UHGV virus genome: UHGV-0191814
From: a virus
Direction: 5' to 3' (one strand)
Length of the DNA: 51,186 bases
Shown here: piece after piece, positions 7,625 to 16,331 of the stretch
Layout: the number at the start of each line of letters is the position of its first letter
Position numbering within the stretch: the first letter of the stretch is position 1
Made by a program: the position numbers and the translations under genes
The notes under the pieces: generated by a model
The model's input: only the letters and a program-made list of their open reading frames with translations
Told to the model about the DNA's origin: nothing
Databases searched by the model: none

Positions 7625-7740
7625 CATTTTTTAATATTCTTTTATTTTTCTTTTATAGTAATAATAATATAGAAAGAAAGAGAAAGTAAAATTAAAGAAG
7701 AAAAAAATAAAAGAAGTAGGAATATATAAAAACAGGAGAA
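7625..7740 (+). repeat. AT-rich polypyrimidine (7625-7660) / polypurine (7670-7740) tract forming a long imperfect inverted repeat; candidate DNA unwinding element
   Basis: TTCTTTTATTTTTCTTTT (7636-7653) is nearly the reverse complement of AAGAAGAAAAAAATAAAAGAAG (~7696-7717). The plus strand is almost purely A/G over ~70 nt. Confidence 0.5.
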
Positions 7741-7973
7741 TTTTGAACACTTTATAGTACTATTTTGTCCAAAATGCACTTTTTCATTGAACATTGTTAA
7801 ATGTTTAACAAACTCCACTCACTGTGCTTTGTTAATCATTTAACAATCTTCAGACTTATTCGTGTTTTGCGCTGCCGCTTGTATCAACATTTCCTTGCAA
7901 ATAACACCTCGCAATCGCTGCAAAGCACCAAAACCAAAGCGTTCTTCTCACAAGCATACAATACTATCAATCT

Positions 7974-7991
7974 AAAATTGTATTAAAAAAT
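7974..7991 (+). promoter_or_regulatory. conserved early motif AAAATTGTATTAAAAAAT (copy 3)
   Basis: See 5649. The downstream ORF 8013-8324 is doubtful, so this copy may drive a non-coding transcript or the 8376 operon. Confidence 0.45.
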
Positions 7992-8375
7992 ATACATTGT
8001 AACAAATGAACAGTGTGCAATGCGACCGTCTTAAACGCCTGGTTTCAGCGTAATCTCCGCGGTCAAACACTGTTTTGTTTGCTACGACCGCTGAGCGTTG
8101 TGCATCACCCTATCCCCCTCAGGCTCGGCGGTTACAATATAATCTGCGAGCAATATGCCAACACACCGTTACCACAATCGTTTGATATTTTTCCATTTTC
8201 TCCCGACGATTCAGTGCGTTGTGCTTTGCGACGACTGGCTTTGAACGTCTTTTGCAGTCAACGTACCCTGAGCCACGAGCATTGCCCGCAGAGCATCGCC
8301 CTAACGTACGGTTTTTGTCATTAGTTTTCCCGTGCGTTAGGGTTTATTTGACAATTACTTTGGAGGTAAATATAT

Positions 8376-8879
8376 ATGCACGACATACGACCTGAACGTG
8401 TTATTGCGCTCGAGCGTGAAAATACTGAGTTACGTGAATGTATTGATAAGTTGTTCAAGCAGATAACTGAGCTCAGTGCTAAGTACGAAGCGCCTGCAGA
8501 CGCCGTCGCAACGCAGCAACGACCACTGTACGACGTACCCAGTCACGGAATGACTAATGAAATGTGTTTGAAGTTGATGACGACGAAGCAGCTGGCGGCT
8601 TTCTACGCAAAGTATTTCTTTTGTCAGCCGATTCGTAATATCGGCGAGTCGCGCGATAGCGCGTCCCATTACGACTCACAAACGGGCGAGTTCGAGATGG
8701 TCCATGATTGTCCGTTGAAGGACTTGTGCATCGAGCTCGGCCAAAACGCGCCAGAAGGCACTGTATACGAGTGCGAAGATGTCGTCGAGCACTGGTTGAA
8801 GACGCAGCAATTCAAGACGTTTAACGCCTATCGTGACGAAATAAATAAACAAATGGAGGATAAAGAAGATGACAATTGA
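8376..8879 (+). CDS. hypothetical early protein (167 aa)
   Basis: ATG with GGAGG RBS (ttggaggtaaatatatATG). First gene after the non-coding hub. Confidence 0.6.
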   Translation: MHDIRPERVIALERENTELRECIDKLFKQITELSAKYEAPADAVATQQRPLYDVPSHGMTNEMCLKLMTTKQLAAFYAKYFFCQPIRNIGESRDSASHYDSQTGEFEMVHDCPLKDLCIELGQNAPEGTVYECEDVVEHWLKTQQFKTFNAYRDEINKQMEDKEDDN

Positions 8880-9396
8880 TTTAGTCGATTCAATCGACGA
8901 GAAGCTGAACCTATTCAGCGCTAACTACGGTACGGACATTATTGCCGTATTTCCGGACAGAAAGGAAATGTATGTCCGAGACATGGGGCAATTCCTGAAG
9001 TCGTTCTTTGCCGACTGGGACGATGAAGTGTTTGTTGACACGGACCACAATATGCGTACCGTTGCAAAATCTGTGTTGACTGGCCGCGAGATGTATCAAG
9101 TATTCTTGCAAGACGATTACACTGGTTATACGATTATCGGCGAGTACGAGATTGCGAGCGACGCGAAAGAAGCGATCGAGAATTGCCATACGCGTCAGTA
9201 CTCTGTAACAGTGGCAATGAACTTCGAACTCAGCCTGACGGTTACCGCATCAAGTCTCTCAGAGGCTGAGGACGCTGCGTATCAATATTGCGCCGACACG
9301 ATGACACTCGAACAGCGCTACTCATCAAACGAAGATATCGAGGACTGGGACGTTACCGACACGAACATCGAGGTCACGGACGCCGAGCTTGTATAG
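8869..9396 (+). CDS. hypothetical protein (175 aa), acidic
   Basis: Start overlaps the upstream stop. Long ORF in the operon frame pattern. Confidence 0.55.
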   Translation: MTIDLVDSIDEKLNLFSANYGTDIIAVFPDRKEMYVRDMGQFLKSFFADWDDEVFVDTDHNMRTVAKSVLTGREMYQVFLQDDYTGYTIIGEYEIASDAKEAIENCHTRQYSVTVAMNFELSLTVTASSLSEAEDAAYQYCADTMTLEQRYSSNEDIEDWDVTDTNIEVTDAELV

Positions 9397-9409
9397 GAGG
9401 TACAGTTAT

Positions 9410-9949
9410 ATGCCGAGAAAAACCAAAACCCGCTACGTCGTATCAGACATGTACGACACGATTTTCAGCGACGCCGTGATGGACGACTTGAAAGAATTCT
9501 ATCCCGATGCGTCAGAAGCATTGCTCGACGAGCTTGCAACAGACCTTTATTTCGACAACCGTCGATTGCTTATGCAGACGTTTGCAGATACAATCTTCCC
9601 GACCGACGTCATCAACATCGCTGAGCTCGGACTATGGGACGGCAAGCACTCCGCGTTCCGCATTTACGAGAACCCGACACTCGACGAACTGTTCCAAATC
9701 GACCGCGATATTGATGAAGCGGAATGGTACGTTGACGAGTACAACGACCTTCGTTGCAACGCGCATCATCACGACGGTTGCAACCACTACTTGTATCGTC
9801 AGATACGCGCCGAGATAGGCGACAAAGCCCGCCAGAACTTCTACCGCAAGATTCAGTCTCATACTTTGACGCGCAAGGACCTCAATCACTATACCATTGC
9901 TCTCGGGCCGATCGTGACGGCTGCCGAGCAGAGACATTACGGCGGATAA
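9410..9949 (+). CDS. hypothetical protein (179 aa) with a His/Cys cluster NAHHHDGCNHY
   Basis: ATG 9410 with GGAGG RBS at 9396-9400 (the ORF track started at 9389). Confidence 0.55.
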   Translation: MPRKTKTRYVVSDMYDTIFSDAVMDDLKEFYPDASEALLDELATDLYFDNRRLLMQTFADTIFPTDVINIAELGLWDGKHSAFRIYENPTLDELFQIDRDIDEAEWYVDEYNDLRCNAHHHDGCNHYLYRQIRAEIGDKARQNFYRKIQSHTLTRKDLNHYTIALGPIVTAAEQRHYGG

Positions 9950-9955
9950 ACCACT

Positions 9956-10297
9956 ATGAAGAAAGAACCAGAACTTAAACGACAACCTCAGAACTACGAC
10001 AGAAAAGAAGTCTTTGAAGCAGCGCGCATCACGCGAGATGACTTCATACGCTATACTTATGCCTATCGGCTACAAGCTGACCCGACCCATGCAACGGCCG
10101 CCGACATCAGCAGCTACTTGCGAGAACTCTGCCCTGAGTTCGCCGTATCGACAAAATACGTCAATATGGTAATACGATCGAGACCGCTCGTCACACCGCT
10201 CGACGTGCGAGAACTCGCCGAACGCTGTGAACTGTACTCTGTACGACTTAGGGCAGCCGCGTCAGCTCTGAAAGCTGCATTACATCTGGAGGACTAA
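9956..10297 (+). CDS. hypothetical protein (113 aa)
   Basis: ORF immediately after the previous stop, in operon context. Confidence 0.5.
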   Translation: MKKEPELKRQPQNYDRKEVFEAARITRDDFIRYTYAYRLQADPTHATAADISSYLRELCPEFAVSTKYVNMVIRSRPLVTPLDVRELAERCELYSVRLRAAASALKAALHLED

Positions 10298-10299
10298 GA

Positions 10300-11097
10300 A
10301 TGCAAACATGGAAAGTTACGCTTGATTCGCCTACCGACTTAGACCGCGACCAGGACATACAGACACTGCACGTTATGTGCGCGAACCGAACCGTGCACTG
10401 GGACTTCGACATTGCGAACGACGACATTGTCTTTCTGACCGGCGACGCAACGTCACTCGAAACAATACTACCTGCGCTCAGCGGTAAAGCTACGCGCGAG
10501 GTACTCGACACGGAAGTCCTGACGTTCTCACGCTCTGAACGAGATAAACTGCTCTGCGAGCAATACCTCTATTCATCGACAGTCCCGACTGTTCAGGACG
10601 TTGCTGATACGTTCGGTATTACGACAGCGCTCGCATATGAAATATTGCGCAAAAACCACATACCGCTTCGTACAAAGCGCGACAAACGACGTGAAGATAT
10701 CGAAGCAGCTCTACCTCGCGTACAAAACGGCACAATCAAGGACATATTGCTCGATTACCTCGACGGGCTTAACTACAAGGAACTTGCGGAAAAATATCAC
10801 AAATCGCAGTCGTATATCGTAAAGATAACCGCGCTCGACAATATGTCTATCATACCTGAGGACATCTATACCTCGCTCGCCGGACTCTGGGAATCGTCGT
10901 TCTACGACCTCAACTACTGCGCCGACGTGCTCAACATCGAGGTATCTGACGTGAGAAAATACCTCAGAGAACTCGGGTATAACATCACTGTTGCATATAT
11001 TGCCGACGCGCTGCGCAATGAGTGCAACCTGATGCGCAAGACCATCACCGAGCAGACCACCGAGATATTGAACCTGAAGGCAGAACTGAGGAAATGA
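10300..11097 (+). CDS. HTH-containing putative transcription regulator (sigma region-4-like segments)
   Basis: Segments TVQDVADTFGITTALAYEILRK and LLDYLDGLNYKELAEKYHKSQSYIVKI resemble sigma region 4 / LuxR-type HTH. Confidence 0.4.
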   Translation: MQTWKVTLDSPTDLDRDQDIQTLHVMCANRTVHWDFDIANDDIVFLTGDATSLETILPALSGKATREVLDTEVLTFSRSERDKLLCEQYLYSSTVPTVQDVADTFGITTALAYEILRKNHIPLRTKRDKRREDIEAALPRVQNGTIKDILLDYLDGLNYKELAEKYHKSQSYIVKITALDNMSIIPEDIYTSLAGLWESSFYDLNYCADVLNIEVSDVRKYLRELGYNITVAYIADALRNECNLMRKTITEQTTEILNLKAELRK

Positions 11098-11759
11098 GCG
11101 CCATACTCGAAGCCATACGGAATAGCGGGCCATGGGCGCCGATCGTCTTCACGATATTCCAGTTCTTGCAGGTAACGTTCATACCGATAAGTTCGACGCC
11201 TGTGACGATACTCGGAGCTCTGCTGTTCCCGTGGTGGGAGTGCTTGATATTGACTCTAATCGGTCAGCTCGCCGGCTCTCTGTTCGCGTTCTACTTAGCG
11301 AGACGCTTCGGGCTCAGGTTCGTATTGAAACTCATCAAACGAGAACAGTACGACAAGATTATCGCTCGCCTGCACGGACGAGAGGTATCGACACTTGTGT
11401 TTATGTTCTTGTTCCCCGTGTTTCCAGATGACTTGCTATGCTTAGTCGCGGGGCTCACACCGATGAAGACCAAGACGTTTGTCATCGTGCAAATCATAAG
11501 CCGTACGCTCACTACACTCTGGACTATATTCGGTACAGCGGCGATCGTGTACCTCGGGTCTCTTCAATGGGCGTTCTACATCTGGCTGCTTATCGGAGCA
11601 TTACTCGGTGCAATAATAACGATAGGCTGCGTGTACCAAGAAAAGATTTCAACGGCACTGCTCAATGCGTGGCGTCAACACAAGGAAAATAAAATATACT
11701 TAACGTATCGCCCAACGAGCGACGAACGACGGGCGAGGCGTAACAAACGGAGGAAATAA
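11094..11759 (+). CDS. DedA/TVP38-like integral membrane protein (221 aa)
   Basis: ATG 11094 overlapping the upstream TGA (ATGA). Multi-TM. Motif FLFPVFPDDLLCLVAGLT resembles the DedA family signature. Basic C-terminal tail. Confidence 0.5.
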   Translation: MSAILEAIRNSGPWAPIVFTIFQFLQVTFIPISSTPVTILGALLFPWWECLILTLIGQLAGSLFAFYLARRFGLRFVLKLIKREQYDKIIARLHGREVSTLVFMFLFPVFPDDLLCLVAGLTPMKTKTFVIVQIISRTLTTLWTIFGTAAIVYLGSLQWAFYIWLLIGALLGAIITIGCVYQEKISTALLNAWRQHKENKIYLTYRPTSDERRARRNKRRK

Positions 11760-11798
11760 TGTTAAGACCTTACTAATTGACTCAGAAACAATCAGAAA

Positions 11799-11957
11799 TG
11801 TTCCGCAAATACTGTAACAGCAGCGCAACGTCACTGCACGACGTGTATAAAACGTGGTCTGCTGAAAAAGAAGAAGCGTTCAACGCGTGTCTGTCCGAGT
11901 TGACTATATCTATAAAACCGAATGCGGTGAGTATGCCAAAGTTAATATTACATTAGT
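11799..11957 (+). CDS. possible small ORF (52 aa), Cys-containing
   Basis: Open frame in a 240-bp gap. Weak RBS. Below the 60-aa track cutoff. Confidence 0.2.
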
Positions 11958-11996
11958 TGAAAAACATATTGACAAAATGATAGAGGAGCAGCTGAA

Positions 11997-12197
11997 ATGC
12001 CCAAAATAAGATGCGCTGAGTTCGAAGTACCGAACGGCGAACATTGTGACAAGCCCACCAACGTTTGTCCGATGTGCCGAAGCGACGGAGTGATAGACTT
12101 TTGTCTTCTGTTCGGTTATGCCCTCGAAGAAGACCCAGACAATGGCTACTTACTCAAGAAACTCAAAATATGTAAACACTCGGAGGTAAAGGAATGA
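11997..12197 (+). CDS. small Cys-rich protein (66 aa), zinc-finger-like
   Basis: C..C..CPMC..C pattern. Stop overlaps the next start. Confidence 0.5.
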   Translation: MPKIRCAEFEVPNGEHCDKPTNVCPMCRSDGVIDFCLLFGYALEEDPDNGYLLKKLKICKHSEVKE

Positions 12198-12379
12198 AGT
12201 ACACACACGAAAGCGAAGAGTTAAACGCTCTCTTAGGCAAGAAAGTAAAAGTTACATTGTTTGACAACAAAACGATAACCGGTGTATTAACCCGCGCGGA
12301 GTGGAGGTCCAACCGTTACGAAGTCACAAATTATTCTTTTTACAAAACCCACGTTAAAAAGATAGAGGTAGAAGAATGA
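12194..12379 (+). CDS. small hypothetical protein (61 aa)
   Basis: Translationally coupled (ATGA overlap) to its neighbours. Confidence 0.45.
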   Translation: MKYTHESEELNALLGKKVKVTLFDNKTITGVLTRAEWRSNRYEVTNYSFYKTHVKKIEVEE

Positions 12380-12633
12380 GAAAACAAGGAGATAATGTTG
12401 TGCTGTCAAGTAAAGAATACGAAATGTTGAGTAATGAATATAGAAACCTCGAAATAAAGTATAGTGACCTTTATGACAAGTACAACTTATGTAAAGACGC
12501 GAACAAAACGCTTAAACAAAACGTAATTGCGGCGCGTAAGGAATGCTTAGAGGCGCAAAACGCCGAAGATATCAAAATACTACTTGTAGAAGACGGCAGC
12601 ATCGACGTTGACGATTTTGGCGATGTTCATTGA
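12376..12633 (+). CDS. small hypothetical protein (85 aa), coiled-coil-like
   Basis: Coupled start. Heptad-like charged sequence. Confidence 0.45.
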   Translation: MRKQGDNVVLSSKEYEMLSNEYRNLEIKYSDLYDKYNLCKDANKTLKQNVIAARKECLEAQNAEDIKILLVEDGSIDVDDFGDVH

Positions 12634-12717
12634 CGAACATGACCTTAAAATCAAAATCGTTTTATACAGACAAGGTTCTGTGCCGCCTCGTTTTCTCAAA
12701 CAATCGGAGGACTAACT

Positions 12718-13197
12718 ATGCCAACCAGAAAAGAACAAATCGAATTTATCAGAGACGTATTGCGCCAAGCACGCGTACGTGAATGCATCGGCAAAGTGTG
12801 CGAAGAGTGCAAATTCTACGACTCACCGAACTGCCTTGAAACGTGCTATGCCACGGAGCTTGTGGATATGGGTATCGTTCAACTTCCGGCAGAGAAACAA
12901 AACGCTCCGGAAGCCAAGACGATTGACTTGTCCAAGAATCAAGAGTTTGCGTCCGTTACCCCAGCGGTATTTGCGCATATATCTGACGCACACTTTTCGA
13001 ACATCATTACAACTTTGATAGAATCTGTCGAGTCGTATGTCAATCTGCGCTTGGACACGTACGTAAATACACTCAAAAAACATTCACAAACGTTCCTTAT
13101 AGGCGACGGCGACGGACAATATCACAACGAGCAATATGTTCCGGTCACTACAATTGACCACATATTCACGTTGCTTTCAAACCCTGAAGCGGAATAG
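12718..13197 (+). CDS. hypothetical protein (159 aa) with a Cys cluster CIGKVCEECKFYDSPNCLETC
   Basis: GGAGG RBS (aatcggaggactaactATG). Confidence 0.55.
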   Translation: MPTRKEQIEFIRDVLRQARVRECIGKVCEECKFYDSPNCLETCYATELVDMGIVQLPAEKQNAPEAKTIDLSKNQEFASVTPAVFAHISDAHFSNIITTLIESVESYVNLRLDTYVNTLKKHSQTFLIGDGDGQYHNEQYVPVTTIDHIFTLLSNPEAE

Positions 13198-13207
13198 GAG
13201 GTACCGT

Positions 13208-13468
13208 ATGATTATCGACTTAATACTCGACAGAAAAGACCACGAAGAAGCAACGGGTAACGACATGTACAATCCGTACGCTTTCTATCGGGAAGTAATG
13301 TCGTATGAAAGCATTTTCGAGATGGACCGCGATATCTCGTCGGCCCTCGATTATGGTACTGAGGACGACGTGCGCAAAGCATTGTGCAAGTACATCGACG
13401 ACCAACAATACAACCCCGAAATCAAGAACTACGTGAACTCGAAAAAGTGGCTTGAACCTATAAAGTGA
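13208..13468 (+). CDS. hypothetical protein (87 aa)
   Basis: ATG 13208 with GGAGG RBS. The ORF track started at 13136 inside the previous gene. Confidence 0.5.
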   Translation: MIIDLILDRKDHEEATGNDMYNPYAFYREVMSYESIFEMDRDISSALDYGTEDDVRKALCKYIDDQQYNPEIKNYVNSKKWLEPIK

Positions 13469-13478
13469 AGAGGACACT

Positions 13479-13703
13479 ATGAAGTATTTTTACACTTTTG
13501 TAACAGAAACACTCACCCGCCCCGTAGTAGTAAAAGCGAAAGACCAAGAAGAAGCCGAACAGAAAGTGATCGACGCGTACTACAACGGAAAGTTTGTGCT
13601 CGACGCGGCTGACTTTGTGGACGTCAACTTCGAGACCAGAGAGGGCGACCTTGCTAAGCGTCTTTCGCCGGCAGACCAACTCAATCTGACGTACGTCGAA
13701 TAA
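13479..13703 (+). CDS. hypothetical protein (74 aa)
   Basis: ORF with GAGGA RBS. Confidence 0.5.
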   Translation: MKYFYTFVTETLTRPVVVKAKDQEEAEQKVIDAYYNGKFVLDAADFVDVNFETREGDLAKRLSPADQLNLTYVE

Positions 13704-13712
13704 GGAGGTAAC

Positions 13713-13862
13713 ATGTATACCGACGAAGCAAGACCGAATGAAGCAAAATTACAAAACATTCTCAGTAACGGATGTAACTGGGAACAACTGGCACAAGACT
13801 TGTTATCGTGGTTAAGCGACGATGAATTAAGCGACTTTGCTAGAGCCTACGGGTGGTTTTAG
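13713..13862 (+). CDS. small hypothetical protein (49 aa), missed by the 60-aa cutoff
   Basis: ATG 13713 with AGGAGG RBS at 13703-13708. Ends TAG 13860-13862. Confidence 0.45.
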   Translation: MYTDEARPNEAKLQNILSNGCNWEQLAQDLLSWLSDDELSDFARAYGWF

Positions 13863-13871
13863 GAGGCAAGT

Positions 13872-14027
13872 ATGACCATTTGTTATAGATGTTATCTTGA
13901 ACTGTTATCGCGCGGCGAACAGGTATTCACAGCAAAAGATTACGTACACGACGAAGACGGCGTACAATGTGATATGTGCGGAGAAACCATCGAAGAAGGG
14001 GACGAGATATACAATGTCTACGAATAA
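13872..14027 (+). CDS. small zinc-ribbon protein (51 aa; CxxC...CxxC)
   Basis: ATG 13872 with AGGAGG RBS at 13861-13866. MTICYRCY...CDMCGE. Stop overlaps the sigma gene start. Confidence 0.45.
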   Translation: MTICYRCYLELLSRGEQVFTAKDYVHDEDGVQCDMCGETIEEGDEIYNVYE

Positions 14028-14574
14028 TCAACCCTCAGTCGATATCGAGAAGCTCTGCACTGAGAACATTCCGCTTGTGTACTACGTGTACTGGCACAAG
14101 TTCGATAAGTACCACGACATCAAGCTACGGTTCTACGACGAACTGATATCTGCGGGTTTCTTAGGACTTTTGCAAGCGGCGAGACGATATAACCCGTCCA
14201 CTGGGTATAAATTCTCAACGTTTGCAGCAGCGTCCATCGAGCGTCGTATGTATACCGAAGCGCGAAGAATCTTCAGGTGGTATTACCGTTCACCGACCGT
14301 TTGCCTTGAAGACAGACGTAATATCCCAGACAAGAACTTCGATTCGATCGCCGCTGCGGACCAGCGTATGATTGTCAACTACGTTCTTGCCAAAGCAAAA
14401 GAACAACTGTACCCTAACCACTGGAATATTTTATGCGATTACTTGTGCGGCGTCACAGCCCCAGAACTGGCTAAGAAGTACCAGTGCAAGTCGATCGGAC
14501 AAACACTCACAAACATTTTTGCAAAGATTCGCAAAATAAGCGAACAAATTTATAAAAAGGAGACAAAAGAATGA
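14014..14574 (+). CDS. phage-encoded sigma-70-family sigma factor (186 aa)
   Basis: Region 2 signature ELISAGFLGLLQAARRYNPSTGYKFSTFAAASIERRMY. Region 4 HTH GVTAPELAKKYQCKSIGQTLTNIFAKIRK. ATG at 14014 (track ORF 13897 is in the same frame). Confidence 0.75.
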   Translation: MSTNNQPSVDIEKLCTENIPLVYYVYWHKFDKYHDIKLRFYDELISAGFLGLLQAARRYNPSTGYKFSTFAAASIERRMYTEARRIFRWYYRSPTVCLEDRRNIPDKNFDSIAAADQRMIVNYVLAKAKEQLYPNHWNILCDYLCGVTAPELAKKYQCKSIGQTLTNIFAKIRKISEQIYKKETKE

Positions 14575-14861
14575 ACACAGTCGATTTTGAAGCAACCAAT
14601 CCTGAAACCTTTGTAGGTAAAACCCTTCCGGAGCTCGTAGACGCTTTGTACCCGAACATCGAATTCAACGTCATTGCTATGCATAAGGACGTCGACGTGA
14701 TGACAGACCCCACGAGAATCGCCAAGAAGTACCCCGAAGTCGTTACGCTGCCTATCGCGGCAGTTAACGTTGTGCCTCGTGAAACGTACCAAAACCCCGA
14801 GGTCAGAGACAACTTCGTCAAATACGACGTCATTGTTACGTTTGACGATGCTAAAAAATAA
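14571..14861 (+). CDS. hypothetical protein (96 aa)
   Basis: Coupled to the sigma gene stop. Confidence 0.5.
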   Translation: MNTVDFEATNPETFVGKTLPELVDALYPNIEFNVIAMHKDVDVMTDPTRIAKKYPEVVTLPIAAVNVVPRETYQNPEVRDNFVKYDVIVTFDDAKK

Positions 14862-14877
14862 AATTGTATTAAAAAAC
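14860..14877 (+). promoter_or_regulatory. conserved early motif AAAATTGTATTAAAAAAC (copy 4)
   Basis: See 5649. Lies 22 nt upstream of ATG 14901. Confidence 0.5.
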
Positions 14878-14900
14878 AATACCCTGCGCCAGAGGCAATT

Positions 14901-15518
14901 ATGATTGACGATAAACCCGTAGTCGTTACAGACCCAAAGAAAATAAAAGAAATTAAAGAGGCGTTATCGTCGAGCAACGTATATGGCTTTGACATCTCAC
15001 CGGCCCTTCCGTCGCCACTCCCAGAGAACGCGGCGGAAATGTGGTTCGGACACAACCAAGACAAAAATATGCTTACCAACAAGGAGGTTAATATGGTAAC
15101 ATTGAAAATTGTAGCAACCGAAAAACGTGCTTATGCACAGAAAGAGAACGACGAAAACGTGATTGTTTGCCCCATCGTTAAAGAAAGCAGCGGTAAATAT
15201 TCGGTCAACATCAAGAAACTCGGCTTCGGTAAATCGTTCGTCAACATCGGCGACCTTGAAGACAAAGCCGTTACGCTCGAAGAGAACTCTCTCGTCGCCG
15301 GCAGAAGCGCAGGGCGTAAACGTAAAGCTCCCAGCGTAACCGTTCCCGAAGGATATGAAAAATTCCTGTCTGCGGACGAACTCACCATCTTCAACACTCT
15401 CGTCGAAGCAATCAACGCCGGCTTCATCGAAGAAATCGAAACTGCAAAAGCTGCAAACAAACCCAAGAGCGAACTCGGCAAAATCGCCGAAGATGTAGCA
15501 ACAGCAATGGCGGAATAA
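14901..15518 (+). CDS. paralog family member 3 (205 aa ORF); the conserved domain begins at an internal RBS-preceded ATG at 15094
   Basis: caaGGAGGttaatATG at 15081-15096. From 15094, MVTLKIVATEKRAYAQKENDENVIVCPIVKESSGKYSVNIKK...FVNIGDLEDKAV aligns with the 5718 and 6502 proteins. Confidence 0.6.
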   Translation: MIDDKPVVVTDPKKIKEIKEALSSSNVYGFDISPALPSPLPENAAEMWFGHNQDKNMLTNKEVNMVTLKIVATEKRAYAQKENDENVIVCPIVKESSGKYSVNIKKLGFGKSFVNIGDLEDKAVTLEENSLVAGRSAGRKRKAPSVTVPEGYEKFLSADELTIFNTLVEAINAGFIEEIETAKAANKPKSELGKIAEDVATAMAE

Positions 15519-15519
15519 T

Positions 15520-15924
15520 ATGGTCCCGAGATATTTTGCACACAAGATTGTTGCGGAATGTCTACGGGGAATATATCCATTGCAGCAGGTCAACGAGATT
15601 ATGTCGGCAATGCCTTTGCCAACGTATGAACAGACCAATGGAGCATTCGTCCGCGAGTTAGTTGCGTTCGTGAACTCTGACAACCGTTACAAGTTGTGCA
15701 TTGTGAATCGACGCAACTGCCGCTGGGCAATGTTTATTCTCACTCCGTATGGAAACGTCCGCACTGAACAGCTTACGTATGCATTTGGTATTCCTTATGA
15801 GGAAACGTATGACTCTGCCATCGCCAATAGTATGGACGACCTGGCGGATATCTTAGAGGAAGTCGGCTTTAACTCAACGGTTATTGCTGAAGCATTCATT
15901 GACGCCGATGACCTCTGTATATAA
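15520..15924 (+). CDS. hypothetical protein (134 aa)
   Basis: Coupled ORF. Confidence 0.5.
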   Translation: MVPRYFAHKIVAECLRGIYPLQQVNEIMSAMPLPTYEQTNGAFVRELVAFVNSDNRYKLCIVNRRNCRWAMFILTPYGNVRTEQLTYAFGIPYEETYDSAIANSMDDLADILEEVGFNSTVIAEAFIDADDLCI

Positions 15925-15929
15925 CGACT

Positions 15930-16322
15930 ATGCCTGAAATGACCGATTTAATCGCACAACTCATTGAAATCAACGATGAATGTGCGCAAGTATCACAACA
16001 GCTTGAGTCGCTCAAAGCCCGTCGAACTTCGCTCAAGAACTTGATAATCTCACAACTGAACGAGAACGGTCTGACCGCTGCGTCTGCCCACGGCAAGACA
16101 GCGAAAGTTGTAACCAAGTATTCGTATTCAGTAATCGATCCGGAGAAGTTCAACGAACTCGACTCGAAGTATCACACCGCCGCGTTATACGGCATCAATT
16201 CAAAGAAGCTCAACGCGTTCTGTTCTGACTTGAAAGAAATATACGGCGAAATTCCTGCCGATTTGTTAAGCACCCTTTCAGGTTTCGAATACAACGACAT
16301 CAGTTTTACCAAATCTAAATAG
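15930..16322 (+). CDS. hypothetical coiled-coil protein (130 aa); could be a recombination-associated Gp157-like protein
   Basis: N-terminal helical LIAQLIEINDECAQVSQQLESLKARRTSLKNLI. Family assignment is unverified. Confidence 0.4.
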   Translation: MPEMTDLIAQLIEINDECAQVSQQLESLKARRTSLKNLIISQLNENGLTAASAHGKTAKVVTKYSYSVIDPEKFNELDSKYHTAALYGINSKKLNAFCSDLKEIYGEIPADLLSTLSGFEYNDISFTKSK

Positions 16323-16331
16323 GAGACACTT

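Noticed and set aside
7363-8324. ORFs 7363-7578, 7801-7986 and 8013-8324 in the non-coding hub
   Set aside because: No RBS. They overlap direct repeats or extreme AT-rich DNA. Their composition is odd (W/C/H/R-rich). They are more likely non-coding, though 7990-8375 could still hold a structured RNA.
5649-14877. Hairpin structure for the AAAATTGTATT.AAAAA motif
   Set aside because: Copies at 6449 and 7974 can form TGTAT/ATACA stems. Copies at 5649 and 14860 cannot form equivalent ones. It was treated as a linear sequence motif.
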